The notes under the pieces are model-generated. The model did no database searches. It had not been told where the DNA came from and saw only the letters and a program-made list of their open reading frames with translations. This document shows, one piece after another, positions 30,680-39,885 of a stretch of 64,000 bases of DNA. The stretch lies in NCBI GenBank assembly GCA_037130365.1, contig JBAXTE010000015.1, positions 4,242-68,241 of the forward strand. The letters run 5' to 3'. Within the stretch, counting starts at the first letter, position 1; each line of letters starts with the position of its first letter. This DNA comes from Bacteroidota bacterium (GTDB taxonomy: Bacteria; Bacteroidota; Bacteroidia; Bacteroidales; WCHB1-69). A program made the position numbers and the translations under genes.

Positions 30680-30851
30680 GTTGATAGGTTTATGTGTTGA
30701 TAAGTTGATGGGTTTAAAAATTGAAATGTTGGGTTTCCCTATCAACCAATAAACCTTCAACCTATAAACAAAAAAGTTGATAAGTTGATGGGTTTATAAG
30801 TTGAATTGATGGGTTTCCCTATCAACCAATAAACCTCAAACCTATAAACAA
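30680..30851. repeat. two tandem ~90-bp units of a 'GTTGATAAGTTGATGGGTTT...CCCTATCAACCAATAAACC...CCTATAAACAA' intergenic repeat
   Basis: Read directly. The same family occurs in reverse orientation at 60072-60488. Confidence 0.85.
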
Positions 30852-30920
30852 TCAAAGATCATTAGTATTGCTTCTTTCATAAAAAATCGCATTCAGCCCA
30901 TATCAGATTTAGAATACAAA

Positions 30921-30960
30921 CGAAGAAGCCGAAAAATGAATTCATTTTTCGGCTTCTTCG
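30921..30960. terminator. bidirectional terminator (40-nt perfect palindrome)
   Basis: cgaagaagccgaaaaatgaattcatttttcggcttcttcg lies between the convergent helicase and alpha-2-macroglobulin genes. Confidence 0.7.
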
Positions 30961-30975
30961 TTGAATAATATATAA

Positions 30976-33900
30976 CTATTTTACACTTACACTTCTCGAA
31001 CCATAATACGAATAATAATTTCCATCGTACATTGCATCGGCGCTTACTGGTCCCATTTTGTATGTTCCTTTCGAAACAACTCTAACAAGGTAATAGAAGT
31101 TTTTCACGTACCCCGTAACGGTGGTAAACATCGTAATTCGATCGTCACGCATATCGAGAAACTCTGGAATTGCTCTATCCTTAGTCCATGAATATTCGCG
31201 GTCGGCAGTTAAACGTGGATTCTCAATTTCGAAACATGCTGGCAACATATCGGTTACAGCCACATTTGGGATAGTGCTCTTGTCGGTAGAAATTACCGAT
31301 AACTTCACCACAATCAATGCATTTTGTTCAAAATCATCCCCAGTAATTGGTTTTCCAAAACGGTCGAAAAAGCTTTTCCTGACCATCAAATATTTATCCT
31401 GATCAGCAACATTTCCAGTACGACTTATGCCTTCGGTTTGGTAGAAATAATAAAGTTTCCCAGTACCTGTTTTAGTGATGGTAATAGGTTTATTATTGAG
31501 ATTTTTTGAAGTAATAAAATCTTGATTCTTGAATACTCCAACTTGCTCTCCGCCAGCGGAAATAGTGCCATTAATCACGTTGTTCATATTTTGTTTAGAC
31601 ATCTTTCCAAGTGCCAAAAGTGCAAACGATCGATCTTGTGTAGAAAGCCATCTTGAGTTTTTAACATCAACCGAAAGCTTCCGAGCAATTTGTGTAATTT
31701 GTGGATTAGATGGTTCAGTTTCATTTAGAACATAAAGCACTAACGCCATATTACGAATCATCGAATTAAAACTGCCATCAAAATCACGTTTATAGAGCGG
31801 ATAATCATACTGTTTAGGGAGAATAAAACGATAATTTGCTTTGTCGCCAGATAATCCAAAAGCTGCAGCAAGCAAATATTTGCTCTCTTCGGTGAGTGAA
31901 ATCAGTTTTCCTTTGTAGTGGTTCATTAACGAAATACTAGGCTTGCCCGCCAACGACATCACAAATAATGAGTAACAAACCTCTTGTTTAACCATCTTTT
32001 CTTTGTTGAGTCTGCCGTAAACATCGTAAATGAAATACTCCTCGATTCGGCTCTCTTTGCTCTCTTGGCCGATATATTTGATTCCATTATCAATTACAAG
32101 TTGGTTGACTTCAAATCCTGCTTTTTTAGCTTCAATTAGAAAGTGAATTGCATATGTTGTAGCCCACCAATTCACCTGACCTCCCGACGACCAATAGAGC
32201 ATTCCGCCGTTGTATTGTTGTAATCCTTGCACTTTGTAAATGGCTTCTTGTACCAAATAATCTGGATTCCATTCCATATTTTTGTTCTCTTGATGAATGG
32301 CTTTTGCAATATCACGATAGTAAAGCAATGGGAAAGCTGTGGAAACAGTTTGTTCTAAACAACCGTAGGGATAATGGAGTAATTCGCTCAAATCGCGAGA
32401 AAATTCTACCATTGGAGATTTGCTGACCAATAATTTACTGGTGGCAGAACCTGCAATAAAATCTGCATTTACGGTGAAATTCAACGAATTGCCTTCTACA
32501 ACACCTGCTTCGAATACTTTAATTAATCCGGCAGCCGGACGAATGGTTAAATCGACCTCTTCGCTATAGGTTTTTCCTTCATGAACGGCAGAAACTACCA
32601 CTTGAGATTCTCCAATAATATAATCTGCAGATAAGTTGAATTCCACTCTGCGCTCCGAATTTGCAGGAATAGTAATTGTTTGACTTGTTTCGCCATTAAC
32701 TTTAACTGGTCCTTTATTGCTGATTTTTACCACCACCGAAGCCGATTTTGAAGTGGTATTACTCAATGTTACAGGACATTCAACCTGATCTCCAGGACTT
32801 AAGAAACGAGGTAAAGCAGTGCTGATTACAATAGGATCGGCTACTTTTATGTTGGCTTCTGCAGAACCAAATTTCTTGTCTTTCCAAGCAACAGCCATTA
32901 CTCTCAAACTGCCTGAGAAATGAGGAATATCAAAGGAATACCGTACTTTTCCTGATGTGTTATTCAAAATACCACTCCAAAGTGCGATTAATTTGACCCG
33001 TTTGTTGGTCATCGGATTTACTCGTTTGCTCATATCTAAGGCTAAGTCGCCTCCAAAGCTCGAAGCATAACGTTTTAACTCAGGGAATATTCGTGCATAT
33101 AAATCAAAACTATTGACTTCAAGCGCCCTTTTCTGATAGAAATAATCATACGGATCTGGGGTTTTGTAGTTGGTCATTTGTAAAATTCCTTCATCTACTA
33201 CTGCAATTGTTACCTGTGAGCCAGCTTCAGCAGTAACTTCTACCGTTTGCTTGGTTCTAGAGAACGATTGACCTGGGGCAGTTATAGTTACAGGAAGTTT
33301 ATTTTCTTTCTTTTCAACGGTAATCGGCAATATGCCATGAGCAACAGTCAATGGAATTTCGCTGCTCGTGAGCGACCTAATAGCAGTGGCAGTTACATAC
33401 ATATTTGGAACATAACCATCTTTTATGGGGAGTTTTAGCACCGCCGATTTATCTTTGGCATCCAAAATAAAATAATCCATCACTTCGTTCCGCTCAACAG
33501 TTACAATAATTTTTCCCGAAAATGGACATTTGAATAGTAAATCTGCAGATTCTCCTACATTATAAGATTCTTTGTCTTTTTCTATCAAAATTTCACCATC
33601 TTTATCCACATTGAAGGAAGAAAATTCAGTGTCGGAAGCGCCGTAAGAATAAAATCTTCTGGATACATAACCATCACCTTTATTACTATAGATTCGAATT
33701 TCGTATTCTCCAGATTTAGTAGGAGTATAATTAATCTGAGATTTTCCTCCAGTAAAAGAAACGGTTTGGTTTAATACGACCACTTCTCGCCTATTGGAGT
33801 TGTAGCTGTAATTTGAACCCGACCGCTGAATTACACTTTCGTATTCATTTCGTATGATTTGAACTTTCGTTGAGGTGTTCATTGCAGCTCCTTTTTTGTT

Positions 33901-36477
33901 TACAGCTGCCATATTAAAAGTAAAAGGACGATGAGTAGAAATGTAAGTATCGAAATATTTCACACCAAAGAAAACGTCTTGAGTGGAAAATTCAAACAAA
34001 GAAACTCGGTTTACTGGTCTTCCAGTTTCATCAAATACAGTGGAGTAAATTTTTCCTTGTAGCATTCCCACACCTTCAAAAATGGGCATAGTGAATACTT
34101 CGGAAGCGCGTCCATTGTCATCGGTTTTGGTTGTACGGACAATATTTTCAATTGCGATGTCATTTTTTACATTTACATTGAAATCATAATCAGAAAAACC
34201 CTTTGGATGAATAATGGTGCGGTTAAGGCTCATTTCATTTTCAACTTTTCTACCAGTGGCAGGAGTGCCAAAAAGATTGTTCGCATCTACATTCACCATC
34301 AACCGGTCGCCAGAATTAAGCTGAGTGCCCGATAATTCGACTTTTACAGCAATCCGATCGGGCATAAATTCTTCGGTAGAAAAGCGGTAAGAATTGAGCA
34401 TAATGTCGTTACCTGAATAAACTTCGAGAGTATAAACTCCAGTTAATGAAGAGTTTGGAAGTTTAAAAGCAATCTCGGCAGCTCCTTGTTTATTGGTCTC
34501 TTTGCGGAAAGAAATCAACTGCTTGCCATTTGGAGCAATAATTTTGTATTTAAGCGGAATTCCACTTGCATTTTGCCAATCTAAAGTTCGGGCAATAGCA
34601 TTGATATACACAGAATCGCCAGGACGATAGAGCTTTCGATCACCATAAATAAATACATCATAATCGATGTTGTTGGTGTATTTTCCACCTACTTCATACC
34701 GGGATGTTTCGATGCGATTGTCGTTAAAATTCAGAAAGTTAAAATCTTCTCCTGAGCGAGCAGTAATCATGCTGATATCAAATCCTGGAAAGAGTTTATT
34801 CATATCTTTCAACATAATTATTCCCTCAGCATTGGTAGTGGCAGTGTACACTTTTTGATTGTTAGTGCTGATAAAATCAAGGCGAATTCCTGCTAATGGT
34901 TTGGATTCTAAAATAGAATTTGCGACAATAAACATATCGTTTTTACCCTTTTTTACTATCAACCCAATGTCCGAAACAGAAACCATCACAGCATCACGTA
35001 AATATCTTCGAGAATCATCTTCAACTTTTACAATGTAAAATCCTTTAAAACTGTTGTTGTAATCAATATCTTGAAGATTTAAATTTAGCAAATAAGTGTT
35101 TAAATTTTTAGGCAAACTCTGAACATTCACCTGTTTTTCGTAAACCATTTTGCCATAATTCTCGTCCATTGGCCATTCATTTGAATCATAATATTCATCA
35201 TCCATGCTGGTTTCATCATACATATACGAATATTGTTTGCCATTTCGGAGATAGTGCATAATATTGTTTTCGAAGACTTTAAATACACTGATTTTTACTT
35301 TGGAGACGTTACCCATACGAATTCCTAAATTCTTTTCTCCTTTCGACGACATGTACAAACTTCCTGGATCGGTGAATGAGATAAAAGGTTTAGATTTAGT
35401 GAAAGTTACCGCTTGCTCATAATCTTTGTCCATAGGTTTTCCGAAAATTCCAGTCAGTTTTGCAGATATGCGGATGTTATAAGTTTTGTCTTCTAAAAAT
35501 GCGCCTTTTAAATTAATGGTATTGTCTTGACCATCGATTTCGAAATCCACACTTGGCTTAATGGAAATAATTTCCTTTAGATTATTGGTGAGAATCGGTT
35601 GGCTAGTGAACACATGAATCACACCTTGACCTTCAACAAATTCTGGAGTCATTCCGATTACCATTAAATTTCCGCGAGCAGGAATATTGGCAGTTTTTTC
35701 CATCAGATAATCCGTGCTTTTTTCTGAGTTTACACACGAAAGTCCTTTATCTACAAATATTTTTACAGGCACTTCTTGATCGCCGGCGTTGGTAGGAGCT
35801 GGAAATTCAACAATAATATTATCAGATTCACCAGCAGTAACCATGCGATGAATCACTTGATAATCGTTGGTGATGATTCGAAGTTTTTTGTCTAATTCAG
35901 ACGCTTTTACGGGATAATTAAACGTTAAATTAGCTTGAACAACTAAGGTATTAGCCATTGCTTCGCTGAGCGACCAGAAAAGACGTGCATTCATAAGCTC
36001 CAAATATGGAGTGTGAAAAACAATCGGATCCGTTTTTACAGCCTTTTTTTCTTTCGAAAGCTTAGAAAGAATAGGAGAGAGGGTTGCTTTATAATCGGTA
36101 TTTGCTTGAAATCCAGCCTCAGGAGAAAATACTAATTCTCGAGCCGATTTCCACTGAAAACGACCTCTCACCGATGGCGAAAACGTCATATATTGGGTGG
36201 TGTCCCATTTGTTAAACAGCGTGTCATTTACGATGTCGTAATTAAAAGTGAACACGAGGTTCTGTTGTCGATCGATTTGCTCGTTGAAATTCATTTCTGA
36301 AACAGAAATTTTACTGGTCTTACACGAAAGTAAAACCACCGTAAACAACGCTAACAGTAGGACTGAAAGCAAAGTGATCTTTTTAAAACGTGATTTTAAT
36401 ACACTTAGGTTTGAAAATAAACCTAACAAGCTGTTCTTTAGAGAGAAAAGAACGCTCATGATGTTTGTCTGTTTCAT
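30976..36477 (-). CDS. bacterial alpha-2-macroglobulin family lipoprotein with thioester
   Basis: 1833 aa. Lipobox-like 'VVLLSC' and the thioester motif 'YPYGCLEQTVS'. Length and MG-domain-like beta-rich repeats fit the family. The exact start is uncertain (alternative Met at 36459). Confidence 0.88.
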   Translation of the reverse strand: MKQTNIMSVLFSLKNSLLGLFSNLSVLKSRFKKITLLSVLLLALFTVVLLSCKTSKISVSEMNFNEQIDRQQNLVFTFNYDIVNDTLFNKWDTTQYMTFSPSVRGRFQWKSARELVFSPEAGFQANTDYKATLSPILSKLSKEKKAVKTDPIVFHTPYLELMNARLFWSLSEAMANTLVVQANLTFNYPVKASELDKKLRIITNDYQVIHRMVTAGESDNIIVEFPAPTNAGDQEVPVKIFVDKGLSCVNSEKSTDYLMEKTANIPARGNLMVIGMTPEFVEGQGVIHVFTSQPILTNNLKEIISIKPSVDFEIDGQDNTINLKGAFLEDKTYNIRISAKLTGIFGKPMDKDYEQAVTFTKSKPFISFTDPGSLYMSSKGEKNLGIRMGNVSKVKISVFKVFENNIMHYLRNGKQYSYMYDETSMDDEYYDSNEWPMDENYGKMVYEKQVNVQSLPKNLNTYLLNLNLQDIDYNNSFKGFYIVKVEDDSRRYLRDAVMVSVSDIGLIVKKGKNDMFIVANSILESKPLAGIRLDFISTNNQKVYTATTNAEGIIMLKDMNKLFPGFDISMITARSGEDFNFLNFNDNRIETSRYEVGGKYTNNIDYDVFIYGDRKLYRPGDSVYINAIARTLDWQNASGIPLKYKIIAPNGKQLISFRKETNKQGAAEIAFKLPNSSLTGVYTLEVYSGNDIMLNSYRFSTEEFMPDRIAVKVELSGTQLNSGDRLMVNVDANNLFGTPATGRKVENEMSLNRTIIHPKGFSDYDFNVNVKNDIAIENIVRTTKTDDNGRASEVFTMPIFEGVGMLQGKIYSTVFDETGRPVNRVSLFEFSTQDVFFGVKYFDTYISTHRPFTFNMAAVNKKGAAMNTSTKVQIIRNEYESVIQRSGSNYSYNSNRREVVVLNQTVSFTGGKSQINYTPTKSGEYEIRIYSNKGDGYVSRRFYSYGASDTEFSSFNVDKDGEILIEKDKESYNVGESADLLFKCPFSGKIIVTVERNEVMDYFILDAKDKSAVLKLPIKDGYVPNMYVTATAIRSLTSSEIPLTVAHGILPITVEKKENKLPVTITAPGQSFSRTKQTVEVTAEAGSQVTIAVVDEGILQMTNYKTPDPYDYFYQKRALEVNSFDLYARIFPELKRYASSFGGDLALDMSKRVNPMTNKRVKLIALWSGILNNTSGKVRYSFDIPHFSGSLRVMAVAWKDKKFGSAEANIKVADPIVISTALPRFLSPGDQVECPVTLSNTTSKSASVVVKISNKGPVKVNGETSQTITIPANSERRVEFNLSADYIIGESQVVVSAVHEGKTYSEEVDLTIRPAAGLIKVFEAGVVEGNSLNFTVNADFIAGSATSKLLVSKSPMVEFSRDLSELLHYPYGCLEQTVSTAFPLLYYRDIAKAIHQENKNMEWNPDYLVQEAIYKVQGLQQYNGGMLYWSSGGQVNWWATTYAIHFLIEAKKAGFEVNQLVIDNGIKYIGQESKESRIEEYFIYDVYGRLNKEKMVKQEVCYSLFVMSLAGKPSISLMNHYKGKLISLTEESKYLLAAAFGLSGDKANYRFILPKQYDYPLYKRDFDGSFNSMIRNMALVLYVLNETEPSNPQITQIARKLSVDVKNSRWLSTQDRSFALLALGKMSKQNMNNVINGTISAGGEQVGVFKNQDFITSKNLNNKPITITKTGTGKLYYFYQTEGISRTGNVADQDKYLMVRKSFFDRFGKPITGDDFEQNALIVVKLSVISTDKSTIPNVAVTDMLPACFEIENPRLTADREYSWTKDRAIPEFLDMRDDRITMFTTVTGYVKNFYYLVRVVSKGTYKMGPVSADAMYDGNYYSYYGSRSVSVK

Positions 36478-36540
36478 AATTTGAAAATTTGAACAAAATT
36501 AATGGAGTTTACAATAATATTGTAAATTGTTCATAACTTT

Positions 36541-36945
36541 TTTTTGATTATCCTCGAAAAATCACAATCAGCTAGTTTGCGGATATTTTTCGGGAATGAT
36601 TTGAAAATGAAGATAGCTATTTGTAAATTACATCCAATCCGCCTAATTTGCATTATCTGCGTACTGTTATCCGCTTAATCCGTGTTATATTTTTTTGGAA
36701 CGCCGATGAATGCCGATGGTGGCGCTGAAAGTGCCAAATAATAATAACCCCGTGCAAAGCACGGGGTAAAAACGAAAAAACGAATAATTTTTGCGAAAAA
36801 ATTGTTGCGAAGCAAAACTATTTTTATACCAAAATTCTACTTATGGCTCAAAATAAAATTCCAATAAAACCTAAATTTTTCTTGCAATATAGTCATCTGA
36901 TCATCCGCGAAAACCCGCTCAATCTGCTTTATCCGTGTTCTATCG
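36541..36945. repeat. composite 'ATCCGC-word' intergenic repeat element, copy A
   Basis: 36550-36623 aligns by eye with 48523-48599 in the same orientation with few mismatches. It is followed by reiterated ATCCGC(G/C/T) words, a GGAACG..GATGA module, and the end motif ATCCGTGTTCTAT. Confidence 0.85.
36740..36768 (-). terminator. candidate terminator for the metalloprotease gene
   Basis: ccccgtgc-aaa-gcacgggg hairpin (36748-36766), followed on the minus strand by a T-rich tract. Confidence 0.4.
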
Positions 36946-36952
36946 AATTTGC

Positions 36953-39421
36953 TCAATAAACTACAATTTTCTTCACGTCAGACAAGTTATCTCCACTATA
37001 AAGTCGCATAAAATAGATTCCATTACTTAGAGCGGTTCTGTTGATGTTTATTTTATTAGAGTTAATATGATCAAATCGAACTATTTCTTTTCCAAAAATA
37101 TCTACTATCGAAATGGAAGCTTGATTAGAAGCGTTGGAAACAGTAATTATGGCATTTTCAGTAAATGGATTTGGAGAGATAGAAAATGTAGGTTTTAGAT
37201 TTCTTTTTTCAATATTAATGGTTGATTCGCAAGAGACAGTCGCATTCCATCCAGTACCTGTAACGCCTTCATCAGCATGAAATTGAAATGTTAACGCACC
37301 CGAAGGATCTGTGGAGACAATAGTTCCCGGATTATTTGTGCCGCAATACATGCCAATTAATGGACTGCTTGTGGTTGATCCATTGTATATTTTTAGGTAA
37401 TCATAAATACAATCTTGAGAATCTTCAACTTGAAATTCTGCGAAATTTACTTTCACAAATGTATTGGCTGTAGGTGCAACTAATGTAGTGGTATAATCCG
37501 TCATATTCGAGTAATTTGCTACATTTCCACCATTATCGAGAAAAATTGCTGCACAAGTTGCTGATGGCGTTTCACCAATAATTATCTGCTGTCCCACCAT
37601 GATTGATTTTGTTATATAATTGGAAAATGTACCATCAGACACTAGGAATTTAAAATCTATTACGGTTCCAATTGGAGTATTCGCTGCAATCAATATATGA
37701 TAAACGGCTGGAATCATTTGGTTTACAGCTATCACACCTAAAGAAATTGAAGGATTTGAAATTGTGATATATTGCGCATTTGTTCCTATAACCGAACATG
37801 TTGCAGTTGCACTAGAAGAACTTAGTTGTCCTAAATTTTTAATTTGAACATTGAGGTCGGCAGATTCTCCCTGTTCTATAAATCCATTTGAGTTGTTGTC
37901 GTTAGTGATTTGTGTATAATGTACTAAAAATGAAGGCGCTGGTTGACCAAATCCTAATTTGTAGGTCATCACTGGACCGGTATTTCCAATTTGCCAAACT
38001 CTAAGGCTGCTAAGATTTGCGTTATAATAATCAGAATTTGGCGACGTGCTGTTCCCGAATTCAGTGTTAAATCCCAAGTGAAAGCATGCATTTGCATGAT
38101 CGTTCATATCGTTTCCTGCGTGTTCGAGATATACTTCGTGATGTGTGGTTTGGTTGTCGCCGCCCCGATCTATGTGCCAAATGGTTAAACCTTCATCAGG
38201 AATAGATGCACTTCGTCCAACTTGAGTTCTATTTTGGAGTAAGAAAAATTCGTTCGTGTCGTTTGGATTAACGTATTTATAGGCAGTAAGTGTATTTGCG
38301 GTATCTGAATTTAATCCGTTAAAATTGGTGACATCTACTAATTTTCCCCAGCCAGCATTTGATATAAAATGAGGATTTGGCGGAACAGGATTTGTGGCAC
38401 TTGCATAACTACACATTAAATCGAAACTGCCAATTCCATCGGTTCCGTTATCGGAGGTATATTTGTAAGTATCAGGCCACTGACCAATCATGTGTCCATT
38501 TTCGTGAGCTACCACAGCAATTTCTAAAGGCTCTTTGGCTGGGGAACAGTTATAGGCACCCGAATGAACCCCATTTGCAGTAAAATTTGGATAATATCCT
38601 TGATGAAACCACATTCCTTGCGACCAAGTTGGTGGATTCCCTGTGTACATTAGATTTATTGCGGTAATTGAGCCATCGGGATTAGTGGTGAGTGTAGAGA
38701 AATTAAATCCTAAATCTGCAATCCAATTTAATGCTAATCCTAATATTTGTTGTGCGCCCTGAGCCATAGGCATTTGGTCGTATTCGGCAAATGTACTTGG
38801 TGCACGAAAGTAACCATAAACCACATTTTCATAATCTACCAAACCTCCGGAAATATCTGAATAATATTTACGTAAAGATCCATTGTTTCCGAAATTTGAA
38901 TAGGATAAATTATTGCAGAAATTTTCAAATTCACTCATAGGCAAAGTACCTGGTTCATCAGAAAAATCTACAACAATGCATAAACCCTTTATATAGCCAT
39001 TAACAGGATGAGGTGGAGTTTTTGAAATCGAAGTATTCTCATTTTCCAATCCTGCTAATCGACGATTTTTGAGAATCACTTTTTCTCGGTTTTTTGATGA
39101 TATGTCGAGATGTTGAGAAATTCCATTAATATTCCGAATTGAGTTTTGATTGCCGGTATATCGAATTCCTGTGGATATTAATTCAGATTTATCCGCAGAT
39201 AACGTTGCATAACATATCCATTTTGATGTATTTTCTCGAATAAGAGTGTATCCGTCAAGACTTTCTCCTCGCATGTAAAATTCAGTACCATAGAGTTTTA
39301 CATTTACGCTACTACCATCTGGTTGTTTAAATTGCATCACTTTGCCATGGTATGGAACTGCAAAAAGTGTAGCTTGAATTGTGACAAAAAATAGGATAAT
39401 TAAAAAGCGATTTTTCAGCAT
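36953..39421 (-). CDS. secreted zinc metalloprotease (M6/immune-inhibitor-A-like domain) with CUB-like domain and T9SS C-terminal sorting domain
   Basis: Signal peptide MLKNRFLIILFFVTIQATLFA (start trimmed to 39421). 'VVAHENGHMIG' HExxH motif, a CUB-like segment (DCIYDYLKIYNGS...IGMYCG), and a CTD (FSISPNPFTENAIITV...NGIYFMRLY). Confidence 0.72.
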   Translation of the reverse strand: MLKNRFLIILFFVTIQATLFAVPYHGKVMQFKQPDGSSVNVKLYGTEFYMRGESLDGYTLIRENTSKWICYATLSADKSELISTGIRYTGNQNSIRNINGISQHLDISSKNREKVILKNRRLAGLENENTSISKTPPHPVNGYIKGLCIVVDFSDEPGTLPMSEFENFCNNLSYSNFGNNGSLRKYYSDISGGLVDYENVVYGYFRAPSTFAEYDQMPMAQGAQQILGLALNWIADLGFNFSTLTTNPDGSITAINLMYTGNPPTWSQGMWFHQGYYPNFTANGVHSGAYNCSPAKEPLEIAVVAHENGHMIGQWPDTYKYTSDNGTDGIGSFDLMCSYASATNPVPPNPHFISNAGWGKLVDVTNFNGLNSDTANTLTAYKYVNPNDTNEFFLLQNRTQVGRSASIPDEGLTIWHIDRGGDNQTTHHEVYLEHAGNDMNDHANACFHLGFNTEFGNSTSPNSDYYNANLSSLRVWQIGNTGPVMTYKLGFGQPAPSFLVHYTQITNDNNSNGFIEQGESADLNVQIKNLGQLSSSSATATCSVIGTNAQYITISNPSISLGVIAVNQMIPAVYHILIAANTPIGTVIDFKFLVSDGTFSNYITKSIMVGQQIIIGETPSATCAAIFLDNGGNVANYSNMTDYTTTLVAPTANTFVKVNFAEFQVEDSQDCIYDYLKIYNGSTTSSPLIGMYCGTNNPGTIVSTDPSGALTFQFHADEGVTGTGWNATVSCESTINIEKRNLKPTFSISPNPFTENAIITVSNASNQASISIVDIFGKEIVRFDHINSNKININRTALSNGIYFMRLYSGDNLSDVKKIVVY

Positions 39422-39771
39422 GGTTTCTCGAATTAATATTTTGGAAGCAAAGATAGAAAAAAGAAATATACTAATAGCGCAATGGAGCAACGTAAATGGT
39501 GAAAGGTACATGTTTCGAAAAATATCAAATCTTCGATGTTTGTTATTTTAGTGGATAATTGAAAAAATAAAAATTGCTTTAGAAAGTTTCTGCTTTTAGG
39601 GATTACAGGGCCAATGGTTCTTGCTTCTACATACTTACAGTTTATGCATTTACACACATAAACAACATACATTATTCATTTCCGCATTTCCGCTACCACA
39701 AGCATTTAGGAACACTTAACTAGAATTATTCTAAATTTTGTTTTCATTCTAATATGTATATAAATTAAATG

Positions 39772-39779
39772 TATATTTG
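39772..39779 (+). promoter_or_regulatory. candidate -7 box (TATATTTG) for the giant surface-protein gene
   Basis: Matches TAnnTTTG about 107 nt upstream of the ATG at 39886. Confidence 0.3.
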
Positions 39780-39885
39780 TACAAATTTTTAAAATGGTGA
39801 ATTATCTCACCATGTATTGTACTGTATTTACGCTAAATATCTGTTTATCTGTTAATTTTTGAAGACGCATTTAATAATAAAAAAT

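Noticed and set aside
39433-39672. 79-aa ORF, and the 30-codon N-terminal extension of the metalloprotease ORF
   Set aside because: The metalloprotease has a clean signal peptide starting at the internal Met (39421). The upstream extension and the overlapping 79-aa ORF fall in the AT-rich divergent promoter region.
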